Source: Schizochytrium sp. TIO01
Taxonomy: Eukaryota > Protista > Bigyra: Labyrinthulomycetes
Length of the DNA stretch: 64,000 nt
Direction: 5' to 3'
NCBI GenBank assembly: GCA_004764695.1
Contig: SMSO01000037.1
Span: 348,747 to 412,746 of the forward strand
Below the pieces are notes generated by a model. That model saw only the letters and a program-made list of their open reading frames with translations, did not search any database and was not told where the DNA came from. Position numbers and translations under genes: made by a program. Shown piece by piece: positions 50,344 to 63,900 of this stretch. Numbering within the stretch: position 1 is the stretch's first letter; every line of letters starts with the position of its first letter.

Positions 50344-52537
50344 ATAATTTTATTGAATGCTGATGTTAATTGATGGCATTCATATATTTTTATTTTTTTA
50401 ATTAAAAGAATTACAGTGAAGTATCATGCATTCTATATTCCTCACCCCTTCGTCTTTCCCTATTCTGTTGGGAAGTTCTGCCGAACTCTAATCTCTTATT
50501 CTCAATCCGTCTTGTGTCAATCTGTTCCAAATAAAGTTTACATTTACATTAAGAAACCAAATAGCAAGAAAACCTTCTCGTTTTACTGTTAAAGACAAAG
50601 CAAAGCAAAACTTAATAAAACTAACAATAAAGAGAATAGATATGACAATTACCCTTATTATTTTTGTGGGATAGAGTGCAACACATATAAGAAAAAAGAA
50701 AAAAAGCGCGACGAACTTATAGATCACTAAAGAGCATATGAACTTTTCCCTAACTAACAGTCCGTGCTATTCCGTCGATTAAAAATAAAAAAATTAAAAA
50801 ATGTTCCGATTGCCAAACAGACAGACGGCTGCGCACCTTCCAAACAAAGAATTGATTGATGATATAATTTCATTAGCTCACGGATTTTTGGAGACTTGTT
50901 CTTCGCCCCACTTCGCATAATTAGAAAGCTGCCTTCCTTCCTTCGGCGTCAACACCATACGCGCCGAGAGATCATTACGAAACATCTTTAACGATATTCA
51001 AGTCATTGCTTGCCCTTTATAAGTGTTGTGTCCACTAGGACTTATGCCGCAGGGCGTTCCTTTTTAATACGTATTCTTAGTCCCTCTCCACTGTGAATTG
51101 CATGTATCAACTGATTGATTCAGGCCATTTTGTTTGATCAATTGATTGATTGATTGAAATTTCAGAGCATTAAATTACGAACTATGATTTCTTATAAGAT
51201 TAAAATAAACTCTACTACTTCTGCTTAGCTGTTGCACGTACTTACTAGTTTTAAATTCGCAGTGGTTCGGCGCCACGCTGCCTCTCCCCGAACTTCGCCT
51301 CATTCCCAACACACTAAATTACGTACAAACATACTTTGGTATTAAGAGCAATAAGAACATATTTTGAAAAGAAAGAAGAAAAAAACTACTATATTTTGAA
51401 AAATTATTTTTTAAACGCTGTGAAAATTACGACAATAACGATAACAAAAGTATTGAATGCGAGGTTTAAATCAGAAAGAGCAAGAATGAACATCGTCCTC
51501 CCTCTGACCTCCCATAAATCATATTGACGGGCAAAATAAACAAAGTTAGAGCGAAACTAAAGAACATGCTACATTTAGCACTATACTAGCAAAAGCAATC
51601 TATTTTCCCAACGACATGTTTAATTTGTGCATCTGTGAACTTGATCAAGAGCACTTTAAAAAGTTCTGCATGAAAAAACAATCAAACCGCTTTTAATGTT
51701 TTCGATGCTAACTCATAAAGAGAAACAGGAGGAAAGCTTAAAAAGAGGCCTAAGCGGATTTTAGTTTCTCCAAGAAAGATTATAACATTTCCATTGATGA
51801 TGATGATTATTATTATTATTATTATCATAAAATAAAACACTAACGCATTTCTTTTTATTGAAAGGTCTCACTACTTTTATGAGAAACAAAAACATTCTTA
51901 AATTCTAAAGTAAAAATAAACTAACAAAGTTGAGTATTTTACTCACCACGTGTTTTCTTCTCAGTCGTAGCTTCCTTGGAACCTTTCCCAAGGCCTATTG
52001 AGAAACCCAGGCTCAGAGAGAAATGGAGTCCTAAGAAACAGAGAGGAGCTCGTCCATGTGTTTTTCTGCTCGCACAGAGCCTGAATTGAACAATCTTAAG
52101 CGGCTCAATGATAAAATTGCATAGCGTATAGTCAAACCTTCATTCACGAGGTCGTGTGCTTGATCTGTTTATTTGTGCGTGTATTAATTTTACGACGGCA
52201 CCCAAGAATGGTCGATGAAATTGATTGATAGCAATAGTAATATTTCTTTCAATTAAATTAAAAATAAAAAAAATAAAAAAGAGGAGGAAGGGCAGACACA
52301 GCATTTATACGAAGCTCCACAAACAAACCTCTTCTGTTCGATTCAATATTTTCTCTTCTTTGCCTCTTGAGATGTGTGCCTTACATACATGACACTTCAT
52401 TCATTCCCTCTAAACGTTGTTTTTTCCTCTCCCCCTCCCCGTCTTTTCTCTGTTCTCTCTCTTTCAAAGAGAACTAGGTACGCTTCACAGATGTGTAAGA
52501 CTTGGGGCTGAAATCATCAGCCAGTAGTACCTAGTAC

Positions 52538-52569
52538 GCAGGTAGGTAGGTAGGTAGGTAGGTACCTGC
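52538..52569. repeat. (AGGT)n tetranucleotide run bounded by GCAGGTA...TACCTGC inverted ends
   Basis: gcaggtaggtaggtaggtaggtaggtacctgc. Confidence 0.85.
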
Positions 52570-55500
52570 TAAGCAGGGAAAGTTTCAAATGACGCCTACC
52601 TTCTCATGCGCTTATCTGTCTTTAAGCAACAATAAGCCATAGGAAACCCTCCAAAAAGATGAATGAATAAAGAACGAACGAACGAATGAATAATGAATGA
52701 AAGAAAGAATGAAAGAAAGAATGAATGAACGAGTAGTGGGAAAAGCCTCCTGTTCTTCCGCTCACCGCTGACGCTTTTGGTTCAGTTTGACTGACGATTG
52801 AACTTTCTTTTTTCCTATTCTAAAGTGCGCCGACCCGTCAGTCTGTCCGAGCGGACCTTCGAAAGTACTGACCTTGCTTTACTCACCGCAAAGTAGGCTT
52901 ATGAGCCAAGATCGCGGCAGAAGAAGACCAAGCGAGCTTTCTTCCGTTCGTTCTTTCTGTATTGCATTGCATTGCATTCCCTCACCGTCAGCCGAAAGAA
53001 AGCCTTCATACGCCGATTGCACATACTCTCGCTGAGGAGTGCTCCAGCGAGCGTAGGTTCTTGTTTGATGTGCAAACTCAGGGCCAACCTATGCATCAGC
53101 TGATACTACTACTTCTTCGAGTAAAGACCGAGGGATTCATGAGCAAGCAATTGTGCTGTCAATCTTCTGGTTGTTGCAATTTTATTGACAAGCTCTGCGT
53201 AGGTATTTCAACCCTTGAATGAATGAATGAATGAATGAATGAATGTACCTAAATGATAACAGGTGCAAAAGGTTGAGGTGCTTCACGTTTTGCGAGACTG
53301 AAGCTTGAGCTTGAAGTTGTCGAACCAAGCCCTGCTGAAGAGTGCACCTCGTCACCCACCTGCTCCTGCCACCTCGAGCTTCGTTGGCCCTCCTCAGCTC
53401 AGAGTGCCCGATCTTTCGACCTTCGTGGCGCTCAGTGTGGCAACGGCAGCGTCGGTTCAACCCGCCCATTACACTGAGCGCCAAGGCTTCGTTCGAGAGC
53501 ACGCAATTCCAAAGACAGGAACAGAGAACAGAACACACCACAGGACAGGGCACTCCTATGGCCTATCGGTAGCAGTGGTTGAATGCAGAGGAACAAAGGA
53601 ACGAGGACTTTCGATGGGTGAACGAACGAACTGATGCAATAGTGAATGAATCAATGAATCGATGAATCGATGAATGAGGGATCGCTTCGTGGCTGGAAAA
53701 GGAAGCAAATCGACTGCCTCCAGGGCACAATGGAGCGCCAGCGCAAACAAACCTGGGGAGTGAAGAGGAGTACTCTTCAAAGGCTGAGAAATGCTCAACT
53801 CAAACCTTGAGCTTAATAGCAAGCAAATCTCGGCATAAAGAAAATCCAATATTAGAGAACGTGAGAACGACTTAGAATACAAATGTGGTGATTCTGAAGC
53901 TTCTTTCGATGGTCAGATTGGCTCAGGTTGAGTCAGCAAGGGGGATGGAAATGGGCGCTTGTATCGCAGGGCTAGGGAGGCGCGGTGCCATCAGGACACC
54001 CGCTTGTTTGGGGAATCAGTCGCCACATGAGCCTCGATTGTGTTGCAACTAATAACAGCGATAGCAACAGATGATCTTCGCCCTTACAGGAAGGTAGGTA
54101 CCCCCTACCTACCTGTTACGTAGTGCTTCTGCTCGAGCAAAGTTCAAGTTCTCTCTTCGCTCAGTGCTTTTGCTGACCAACTTGCACAATCTATCTTCTG
54201 ACCTCCACCGTGTGATTTTGAAGGATTCATCACCATCACCGTCACCCTCCATGTCGATAAGACATCCATCTCTTCTAGCTAGATGAGCCCCAAGGCAGTT
54301 AGTTAGTTTCGCTTGGTCTTCTCTTCTCAGCGCCGACATCCTACGAAACCTAGCTAGAAACGCGCCTGATACGCTATCGCTATTTACATTCGAAGTGGCG
54401 AGTGCCGGCGACCATGAATCCGGCAAGACGAAACTGAGCTCGCCTAGCTCGAAGGAAACGTAACATGCCAAGCACGCACATCATCATCAGAGCAAAGAAA
54501 GAAACTTGCAGCACAAAGACCCCCACTTTGAACAAAAGCGTCAGCGCAGCCGAGTCTGTAACGAGCCAAGTTCAGACGTCGCGGCGTGCACCCGGGAAGT
54601 GGCGAGCTAGCGACAGCTCTAGAGAATCGCTGCGTGGAGCAGCAGCAGAGCGAGGAAATGAAATGCCGTCGCCTTGGTCTATACTGGAGGTCCTGGCGCT
54701 CCAGCCACCACGGCGCCATCATCTATCTCTGAGGCGACCGTTGTCATGTCCAACTTCTTCTTCTACTTCTTCTTCTTCTTCGCGTGCAGTGGTACCTCAG
54801 AATTCCGTGCCGGAGCTTTTCAAAGTTAGCTGGAGTGTCTTGTCTGGGAACCTTGATCGTCAGTCTCCTCCTCGACCTCAGCTTGCTTTCCTGAAAGCAA
54901 AGGCGCCGCAGAGCAGCAGCACTGAGCATCATCATTGAGCTCCTGGAGCTCGCCTTTCGAGGCTTCCCAGACTGGCAGGCCAGATTGGACATGCATTCAT
55001 TTGCACGCCCTTGGTCCCAGCCTGCTTGGAACATCCATCTCCTGCCTCAATCTGGAGGTCCGAACGAATGACAATCGTGAACAACGAATCAAGAGCCGAG
55101 GAAAGAAGAAAGAAAGAAAGAAAGAAAGTCTAGCGCGATGCTTTGTTTCAAGTTCTTCGGCTGCCGCACTCCTCCTGCAGCTTGAGCTTGAGCTTGAGCT
55201 TGAGCTTGCTTGCCTGCTTGCTTGCTTGTCTTTCCTCCAACCGCTGGCGAGCCGAGCTCTCTCGTGGTTTCCGCACTCCCTGTGCCCTCAGCGCCCCTTG
55301 TGGCCGCCCTCGTGCGACAAGATCGAAGACCATGGTCGTTCGCATCATCCTCGTCCACGCCGTTCTTCAAGCACCTCGACCTGGTCTGCTTCCTTGTAAA
55401 CTTCCACAGCCGCACATCAATCTCCAGGGCCAATTCCGCAGCACTGCATGCACAGCCTCGCTTCAAGCATCATGAAAGCATCGCTCGCACCTCCCTCGAG

Positions 55501-55587
55501 CTGCTTGAGCGGTCTGGGTAGATGCACACAGCAGCACGCACGCACGCACGGCCTGAGGAATCACTTCCTTGGCCAATTGCTTCTCTG

Positions 55588-55719
55588 CTGGACGAGATGA
55601 GCGGCAGAAGACCAAGATTTGAAATTAGGTTTCGAAGAGGGGCAGTGAGCGAGCGATAACGCGCATCGAGGTCAGCGATGGGTAGGGTTGAGAGGGTCCT
55701 GGGCACCTCGCGAGCCTAC
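55588..55719 (-). other. Candidate spliceosomal intron in an apparently non-coding minus-strand transcript
   Basis: AAG|GTAGGC donor at 55719, CCTAAT branch-like site ~38 nt before the acceptor, pyrimidine tract and CAG/CAG acceptor at 55588. The upstream exon has stops in all three frames. Confidence 0.35.
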
Positions 55720-55916
55720 CTTTCGATCGATCAATTTGAACCTCGTCGTGGAGAACGTCTTCTTCTTTACCCTCATCTACTCCTGCGCCGCCGAATTTAT
55801 CTCGCCGAGCTCCAGCTCTCAAGACTCTGCGAATCGACCTTCACGGCCGGAAGCGACTTGAGCGAGAGTGGTGCAGGCAGGATCGATCTCAGCCGTTTTG
55901 CTCTTGAAGAGCTACG

Positions 55917-56200
55917 TTCATTCATGGATTCATGGATTCATTCATTCATGGATTCATTCGTGGATGGATTCATTCCTTCAATCATAGATTCATGGATTCG
56001 TTCACGCGTTCATTCATGGAGCCTTTCCTTTGCTTGGCCGGTCGAGCTTTGGCAGCTCGGGTCCTGCCTGAGCGGTGACAGCTTTGGCCTGAAACTTGAA
56101 CTTCGACTTGAACTTGAACTTTGGGTTGAACTTGAACTTGAACTTGAACTTGAACTTTGAACTTGAACTTTGAACTTTGAACTTCGAACTTCGAACTTTG
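55917..56200. repeat. Degenerate (TTCATGGA)n array (55917-56020) and (AACTTG/AACTTTG/AACTTCG)n array (56092-56200)
   Basis: Direct reading. Confidence 0.9.
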
Positions 56201-58169
56201 GCTCACTTCACCGTTGGAACTTTTGCCCGCTTTTGTTCAGACGGTGACCAAAGCGAAGAACACTTGTAGAAACTATTTTTCCAAGAAAGGAAAAGGAAGA
56301 AGCAAAAGCAGGGAGAAGGGAAGGTAAAGAAAAGAAAAGAATTTTTATATGTTATTTATTTTATTTTATTTTATTTATTTTCCATCATGAAAAAATTGCA
56401 CAGAGCTTTAATTTCAAGGTCGATTTCCTAGTTTTAAAAGGGTGCTCGCAACGCCGCGGAGTCACTACGCAACGCAAGTTGTTAAAACCAGCCTTGAAAT
56501 ACGCAGCCTCGAGCGATTTCTACGCACCTCGTGTTTTAGATTCCTTTCGTTTTCATCCATCCACACGACATCATCGTCTCCGATTCTGTTTATTCTCTCG
56601 AGAGACGGAATTACTCCACAAAAAACAACAGGGAAAAAACAAAACAGAACAAAAAACATGAAAATAAGTCATCAAGTTCAACAACAACACAACTTGAACA
56701 ACAAAATGTAATTTTAGTCGTCGCGAAGAAGCGAGTCGTTCTGTTCTCATCGCGTTCCATCTCCTCCAGACCTGCGACTTGGGACGTGCGTGCGTCCATA
56801 GTATGTATGTATGTATGTATGTATGTATGCATGACGAAATCAATAGATTCTGGCAATCGCAAGGATTCCTTCCTCCGGTCGGTCCTTTAGCTTCGCAGGG
56901 CTTCTCGAGGCCAGGTCGACTTCGGCAGTGCGTTCCCTCAGTCTGCCTGCTCAGGAGCCTCGCTTCTTCGTAAACCTCTCCGAAACCAAGCAAAGAACTT
57001 ATTAAACCCACCGGCACAAACAAAGCAAACAGAGCAAACAAAGCAATGAACTCTATCATCCACGTGACGTTCTCTCTCCGTTCTCTCCGTTCTCTCCGTT
57101 CTCGCGCACCTGCTTTGCGTTCTCTCACCTTCTTAACTCTATTTAGCCAAAACAGCATCGCCGCCGTACTTCTCCTCCTCATTCACGACAGAGCTCCAAT
57201 ACTGATGGCGCTCCCACAATACACTTTGGAATTAACTTCTCAAAGTGAACAAAAGAAAGAAAAAACTAAATCCATACAAGAGAAGAAGAAGAAGAAGAAA
57301 AAGAACCTGAAGTTTTAGCTTAACGTAGGAACCTGCAAGAGCTCTTTTGAGCGAAGAGCATTCATCCATTTATGCTTCAGGTTCTTTTTGATGGGATCTT
57401 CAGTGGAGTAAATGACTCTGTGGCGTTGCGAGGTGGAGAAGGGGCTGATGATGGATGCGTGTATGTGTGTATGTTTGTATGTATGTATGTAGGGTTGCTT
57501 GCTTGTGAGGACGGTGATCTTCTTTGATGCCCACTCTTGAAACTTGGGGTTCTCTCATTCTTTCTGGCGTACAAATGTTCCCCTCGTGCTGTGAGGGATG
57601 AAGCTGACAAACTTCCACTCTTTAGTTCCTTTCAGATATCAGGCGCTAAGCTTGCCTTGCCCTCACTACTGTTAGTCTTGAAACAAATGTTTGAGCTTCT
57701 AAAAATATATATATAAATATAAAAACATAAAACATAAAAAACGTGTTTAAAACTAAAAACTAGTTCTGCCCTTTTAAAAATCAACTTTAAAAAATAATAA
57801 TAATAATAAGAAGAAGAAGAAGACAAAATAAAGAAAAAAAAGTCGAGATTTTATGATGATCATGATAGTGATGGCGAAGCAAGAAAGAAAGAAAGAAGTC
57901 CTCTCTGTTATTATTCTTTTCATCAAAAGTTGAAAAAGGAGAACTTCAATGGTAAGAAAGAGGAAGGAAGGAATGAAGGAAGGACAAAATAAAAGAAGAA
58001 AAGAAACAGCTTCGGTGCCCTCGTATTCCGCCATAATGACGATGGCGATGATGCAGAGCGGACTTGGTACTTGCTTGCTGGGAGCTTTCCAACAAGTTGA
58101 GAGACTCCGCTCTGACTGCCTGAAGAAGAGCGAGCAGTGGCCCCTATTAACCCAACGAGCCTGCTGCCA

Positions 58170-58370
58170 TACAAACAAATAAACAACTTGAAACAACTAA
58201 ACAAACAACTAAACAAATAAAACAAACAAATAACTTACAAACAAACAAACAAACAAAATAAATAAACAACTAAACAAATAAAACAAACAAACAAACAAAT
58301 AAACAAACAACTAACAAACAAACAAACAAACAACCAACCAACTGACTAACTAACTAATTAACTACTACTA
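58170..58370. repeat. (AAAC)n / (AAAT)n / (AACT)n compound microsatellite
   Basis: Direct reading. Confidence 0.9.
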
Positions 58371-59037
58371 AGTCGGGCTTTTGCGCAACCTCCCGTGTGT
58401 AATAGCACTTTCCACCCTAATGCCCAGTGCTCGAAACCTATACGAGCGACATAAGCTCAGTCGAAGACCATGAATCAATCCACGATCGATCGATCAATCG
58501 ATCAATCAACCAATAACCAATGAGCAATCAATGAGCGATCGATCAAAATCAATCAGTGCTCATAATCAGTGAGAGCTTATCGTGTCACCAGTTTAGCCAA
58601 CAACTCGGCAGCTCTCTCTTGAAGAAGGGGGCGAAGAGGAGTACGAGAAGAACCAAAGGCAAGCGAGGAGAATGAATGAATGAATGAATCATCAATCAAT
58701 CAATAAATAAATAACGCAAGTACCGCGGAGGAAACTCGGGCCTTCTCGAGCGAGCCAGCCAGCTCTTGCTGTGGCCGCAAGATGAGCTCGAGCTTGCAGC
58801 GCTCCGTGCTCGCTTGTGCTTCGTAGGAAAGAGCTTGGCACAAGGTGATAGAGAGATATGGAGAGAGAGATATCACATCGATCTATCTATGAAAACCCAA
58901 TGAACTGAAACAGCGAAAACTTGCAAAACCGGAAATCCCATCAGACACTGTAACAACTTTATTTATTTGTACTGCGATTCGATTGACGAAACAGTTTGTT
59001 TACTCGTCCCTAGTTAGTCGCCTAGTCACACGTTTAT

Positions 59038-59128
59038 AACTAACTAGCTAACTAACTAACTAACTAACTAACTTTAAAGGTGAATTCTTTCATTCTAAGT
59101 ATCATTCTAAGTATCATTTAAAGTATCA
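59038..59128. repeat. (CTAA)n run followed by (TCATTCTAAGTA)x~3
   Basis: Direct reading. Confidence 0.85.
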
Positions 59129-60354
59129 CTTTTATTTTATTTTCATTTCAATGAAAACGAGAAGAGCGCTTCAAAGAGCGAGAACTTTCAAGTTGAACTT
59201 TGTCTGTCTGTTTGTTGGAGACGAGATCGTCGACTTCATCTTCTCACTCATGGAGCTGTTGGATTGTGTAATCTACTCACTGCTTCGCAGGTGCTGCTGC
59301 CTCACAGCTGCAAGCTTCGGAGGATTTCGCAAACCAACCGTGGACTCGAGATTGGCAGCTAGCGAGTTGGCGGAGGACGCAGCGGCGTTTCGATCCACTG
59401 ATTAGCCTTTCCGAGCACCAAGCCTTCGCTGACTCATTCGCGCAAGCGCTGCTTATTATCTATCAGAGCTCAAGCTTGCCTCAAGATGCGCACAGACCGA
59501 CACCCTCTGTCTAAGAGGCACCTATGCAGTGCATAGTACCTCCGTGAAGAAGCACAATCAATACTTTTCTTGGGGCACCCGATTTCTTTTTTCTTTCTTT
59601 CTACTTTTCATCCATCCATGGTTTAAAGAGAGACTTCGTCCAAGGAAAGTTGATGAGGCGCCGCGCCAGCTTCAGAAAACCTCCCTAGTCTTCGGTCGCT
59701 CATTTAGCCGCGGCAGGTTTTGTCTGTGAGCGTAGTAGATAAGTCACGCCTTTTCATTCGGGTCGAGGTCAAAGTGTCCGTATTCAACTTGCCGCCGCCA
59801 CTTGCGTGTCATCTTCCCCTCTCTATTCTTCTTCCCAGTCAGCTTTGTCATTCTTTTATATGGTTGATTTATAATATATATATTTTATTAATCTTTAAAA
59901 GTTTATTTTGTTAATTAAAAGCTATAGCATAGAGTGATGATAGCTTCAGGTTCTATTCACATAATAGCTTTACAAGAGGTGGATAGGTATCACAACATGT
60001 TCCTCGTTCTTGGCAATCTGTGTCTTTTATCAAAGCTGAAGCAGTTTGAAGGAATAGCTCGCACTCCGTACCGATCTATCTAACTATCTAGCTAGCTATC
60101 AATCTACCTGCTGCACACAAATATGGATGAAATGGAAGGTAAGAGAAAGCAGGATGGAGAATAAAAACTATTTTTAAAAGCTTCGATCGCTGCTGCGCAT
60201 AAAGGAGTACTTCCTACCTCGGAGTTCCGAAAGCAGCATCACGATTCACGTTGTTTACTCATTGTAATAGAAGAGCCATAAGAGGATTAAAAATTAACAT
60301 ACCTTGGCCGAAGGTAGCGTTTTGGCACTTCAAAAGTAAAGTCAGTTCTTCCTC

Positions 60355-60356
<2 letters not shown>

Positions 60357-60386
<30 letters not shown>

Positions 60387-60395
60387 GCTTCTGCT
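60357..60395. repeat. (CTG)n microsatellite
   Basis: Direct reading. Confidence 0.9.
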
Positions 60396-60520
60396 ACCAC
60401 TGCTAGCCACTACGATGTTTGTCAATGACGCGCATAAAATAAATCTGCATTGCCAACTTCGTGCTCTGCAACTCGCATGATTGAATCACTTTTCCAAAGC
60501 AGAACCTGCTCAAGTTCTAT

Positions 60521-60941
60521 TCAGGCAAAGCTTATTTCCAGGGTTTGCATAAATATTCTGGCAGCTCGAAGACTACCTCGATTCCTGTCTCCCCCAAGTT
60601 CGCCTGAATTGTCGTACTTCCGTCTCGCACGAGCTCTCTCCTGCTGTTTGCACATCTTCTTGAACAAGGAAGCCCGCGATGGCGCATGTGCTTCGCTGTA
60701 ATTCACGTGGGACTTCGTAATCCCACCACAAAAGCAGCACCTCCCGTCCCTTGGAATTATTTGCCCAAACATTTGCATTTCCCTCTTCCACCACAGAAAC
60801 CGCCAGGTCCCACGGGATGGACTGTCGGTGTAGCGCTGCTACTGTCGCCTTCACCGGTGCCACTGTTGGATAGCAGCCAGCCACACAGCGGAGCTTCGCT
60901 TGATCTACCTGAACTTCAAGAGCATCGGCGTCATTCGCCAT
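60521..60941 (-). CDS. Possible small protein or pseudogene (~139 aa if ORFs 60573-60941 and 60521-60778 are joined by a +1 shift in GAGGGAAATG)
   Basis: GC-elevated island, ATG in good context (gcccATGG), protein-like composition. No recognisable homology. Confidence 0.2.
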
Positions 60942-63900
60942 GGGCAGGATTCACAGCGAAACCCTTAGAACCTTCGAGTCCGCTGTTTACATTCTGCATA
61001 CCCACCTAAATCAAAGCAGCAAATAACATCAGCGCACTATGGACGCCAGAGAGACCAAGAACGCCGGGAAGTTATTGTAAAGCGGCTTTCGTAATTCTTC
61101 GCCAGCTGCTGTTATTTATTTTGTCAGCGGTCGCTGGGCCTACAGGAAAGCGCCTGGGAACTTGCTTGCATGATGCGGAGGATGGAAACTCAACTTTCTG
61201 GAGACTATCGTCCCAATCAAATCGGAGAGCAAGAGAAGATTTCCTAGGGCTAAGAGCTGCGCTCTTCGGCGCTAGTTTCCCTCATTTAATTTTCGATCAA
61301 GCAAGGAAATTACAGTCCGAGTGAATGAATGAATAAATAAATAAATAAATAAATATTAGGAGCAGTGAACGCCTTTCTGTGAGAAAGTCTCAACAGCTTT
61401 CTGATACTCCTCTCGGTCTTCCCCAAATCGCCTCCATCAACGTCTCCAAAACTGTGCACGCCGACGCTGAGCCTGTTCGAGCTTCTCGACGCGCCAACTT
61501 CTTAGCGAACTTATTTAATTCTTCAGAGTAGCTAGGACGTGAAGTACTAATATGATTATGATCCAGCGCTTGTTTCACATTCAAGTCGATGCACCACAAC
61601 GAAAAACCATTACATTATACTATATATGGTACAATGTGGTGAAAGAACAATAATCAATAATAACAACAATAATAATAATACTAAAACTTCCATTGGAAAT
61701 AAAAAACGAAACGCAAGAATTACTATTTCCCTTATCTGTTCACGAGAGAAGGGTCTTTTAGATACTTTCTATATCGACGACCTCAGACTGCCACTTTTTA
61801 ATTAATTTGTACAACTTTAAATCTTAACTTTATTTCAAAAGTTAAAAAGAAAAAGAAAAAGAAAAAGAAGAAGTAACTCGCTCCTCAGGTTAACTCATTA
61901 TTTAATCTAAATAAATAAATAAAAATAAGCTTGTAAAAAGAAACGAAGAAAGAAACGAAGAAACGAAGAAAGAAATGGCAGCGAACGGGCAAGTCAGCGA
62001 GCTCGCTGACTATATTTTATACAGAGAAAAAGGAAAACAGTAAACAGGAGAAACAAAGGCCCGAGTTTTGCACGGCGATCATACGCGCCTCAAGTTGCCC
62101 TCAAATCCCTCTCTTCTCACATACATACGTGAATTTGCCAAAGCTTCTGATGTTAACTCTAGTGGTAAGCCACTTGTGCCCGTGACACCTGGCTTGCTTT
62201 CTTGTTAGCTAGCTTGCTTGCTTGCTTGTGTGCTCACACACCAGCATCTATTGCAATAGTTGGCCAGCCAACCACTTGTATACGAATGACATTTGGACAA
62301 ATAATTAAACACATACTAGTACTTCACTGAGGAAGAAATGAATGAGCCCTTATCTTAATATTGTTTGGAAACTCATGATTGTCATCACCATCACCAGGAA
62401 TCTTTTGCGTGCTTGCCTGTCTGCATGGTTTTCTCTTGAGGCGACCAAGCAAAGCTGAGGCTTCTTCCACCGGTGAGTGTTTGTTTGTGATGTGGTTTCC
62501 AAGACATGAAGCTGGTTGAAGTGAAAAGCTCTAAGGTTTACCAGGAACTAAACCTGACGTCGATTTCCTTGCTTGGAGGCCAACAAAGTGAATTACAGGT
62601 TCTTTGCGGAGACTCAGCGAAGAGGCAAGCAAGCATTTTGTTGAGCAGCAGCTCTTTTGGAATTACTTGCTTCAATCTACATGCATCTTTCATTATCACG
62701 GTGTGTCAGAGCAAGGAGGGACAATATCTCCAGCAACAGCAATTACGAAGCTCGGTGACCTACTTTTAGTAGGTACCTTCTACAAAAGGAATCCTGTAGC
62801 GTCCTCCCTCGCTCAGCAACGCAATACAGCGCTGACTAGTACTCGAGATCTGAGTCAGTTAGTTTTGTGTAGAATAGATTAGACTCACCAGGCATCATCA
62901 TTCGTTTACGAAAAAAATGGACTTGAATTGAAACGAGAAAACATGCACAGTGTGACCTCGCTTCAAAATAGGCCGCCTTCCGGAATTTCGCGTGAAAAGA
63001 GCACCGACACCGCTGGCTCACTCGCATGCTCGGTGAGCGTAAGATCTTAAAGACCCGTGTAGTAGGAAAGTCCTGCAAAAGTTCTTTGTAGAAGAGCCTG
63101 GCCCTTGGCAAAACATACAGCTGCGCTGACCTCACCAAAAATGGAAAAACGAGGGAGATTGATTTTTTTCATTAATTTATATTTTTTTATTTTTTTAAAG
63201 TCAGCGGTTGCCCAGATTAGCTAGTGCGATTGGGATTCTTTAAAGTCTTTGCACTAAACAGTGCAAAGGGCAATTTGATCAAAGTCTGCGCATTCAAATT
63301 CGCGATTCTGGTGCAACGAAGGAGTGGTTTCAATTGGATGCTGTTGTACCCTTTTTTCTTCTGCTTTTTTTTTTTTTTTTTCCAAAGTACCGTTTGTGAA
63401 TGGCTTGAATCAAGGGATCGTGTATAAGCATAAAAATTCACCTAGAGGCTCCTCATTAAGTCAGCAGAAATTTATGATTCTAGGGCCGAACAAATAGTAT
63501 ATGCCTCAGAGTATATACGCTGTTTAATTTTGTTTGAACCATCGTTGGATTCGCTTTAAGAAACTTGGATATAGCATCATCACCAGGCACCATAGCACCG
63601 CAAATTGCATGGCGAAGTCTTTAATTTAAATGTTGGTTCTTTCATTCGAGACAAATAATTTTGCGTTCTCTTTTTGGGCATGCACCAATTCGATATCTTC
63701 TTGAGAAAATATACTTGAAAAGAAAATATGATCTTTTTACGCGGTTGAAATCGGAGCGGCATTAGACTACACTTCAGCACTGTTCTTTACTTTCATTGAT
63801 TGGACATTGCACCTACATAGAGTTCCAGTGCTTATAGGTTGTCTGTCCCCCCTAAGGAATCTGTTATGTCAGCAGAAAGTATTTGTTTCAACAGATAAGG

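Noticed and set aside
54109-56206. Cluster of 100-160 aa ORFs on both strands, considered as a third TF paralogue
   Set aside because: No trace of the HDAVRHH or Cys motifs; the ORFs are low-complexity or repeat-derived.
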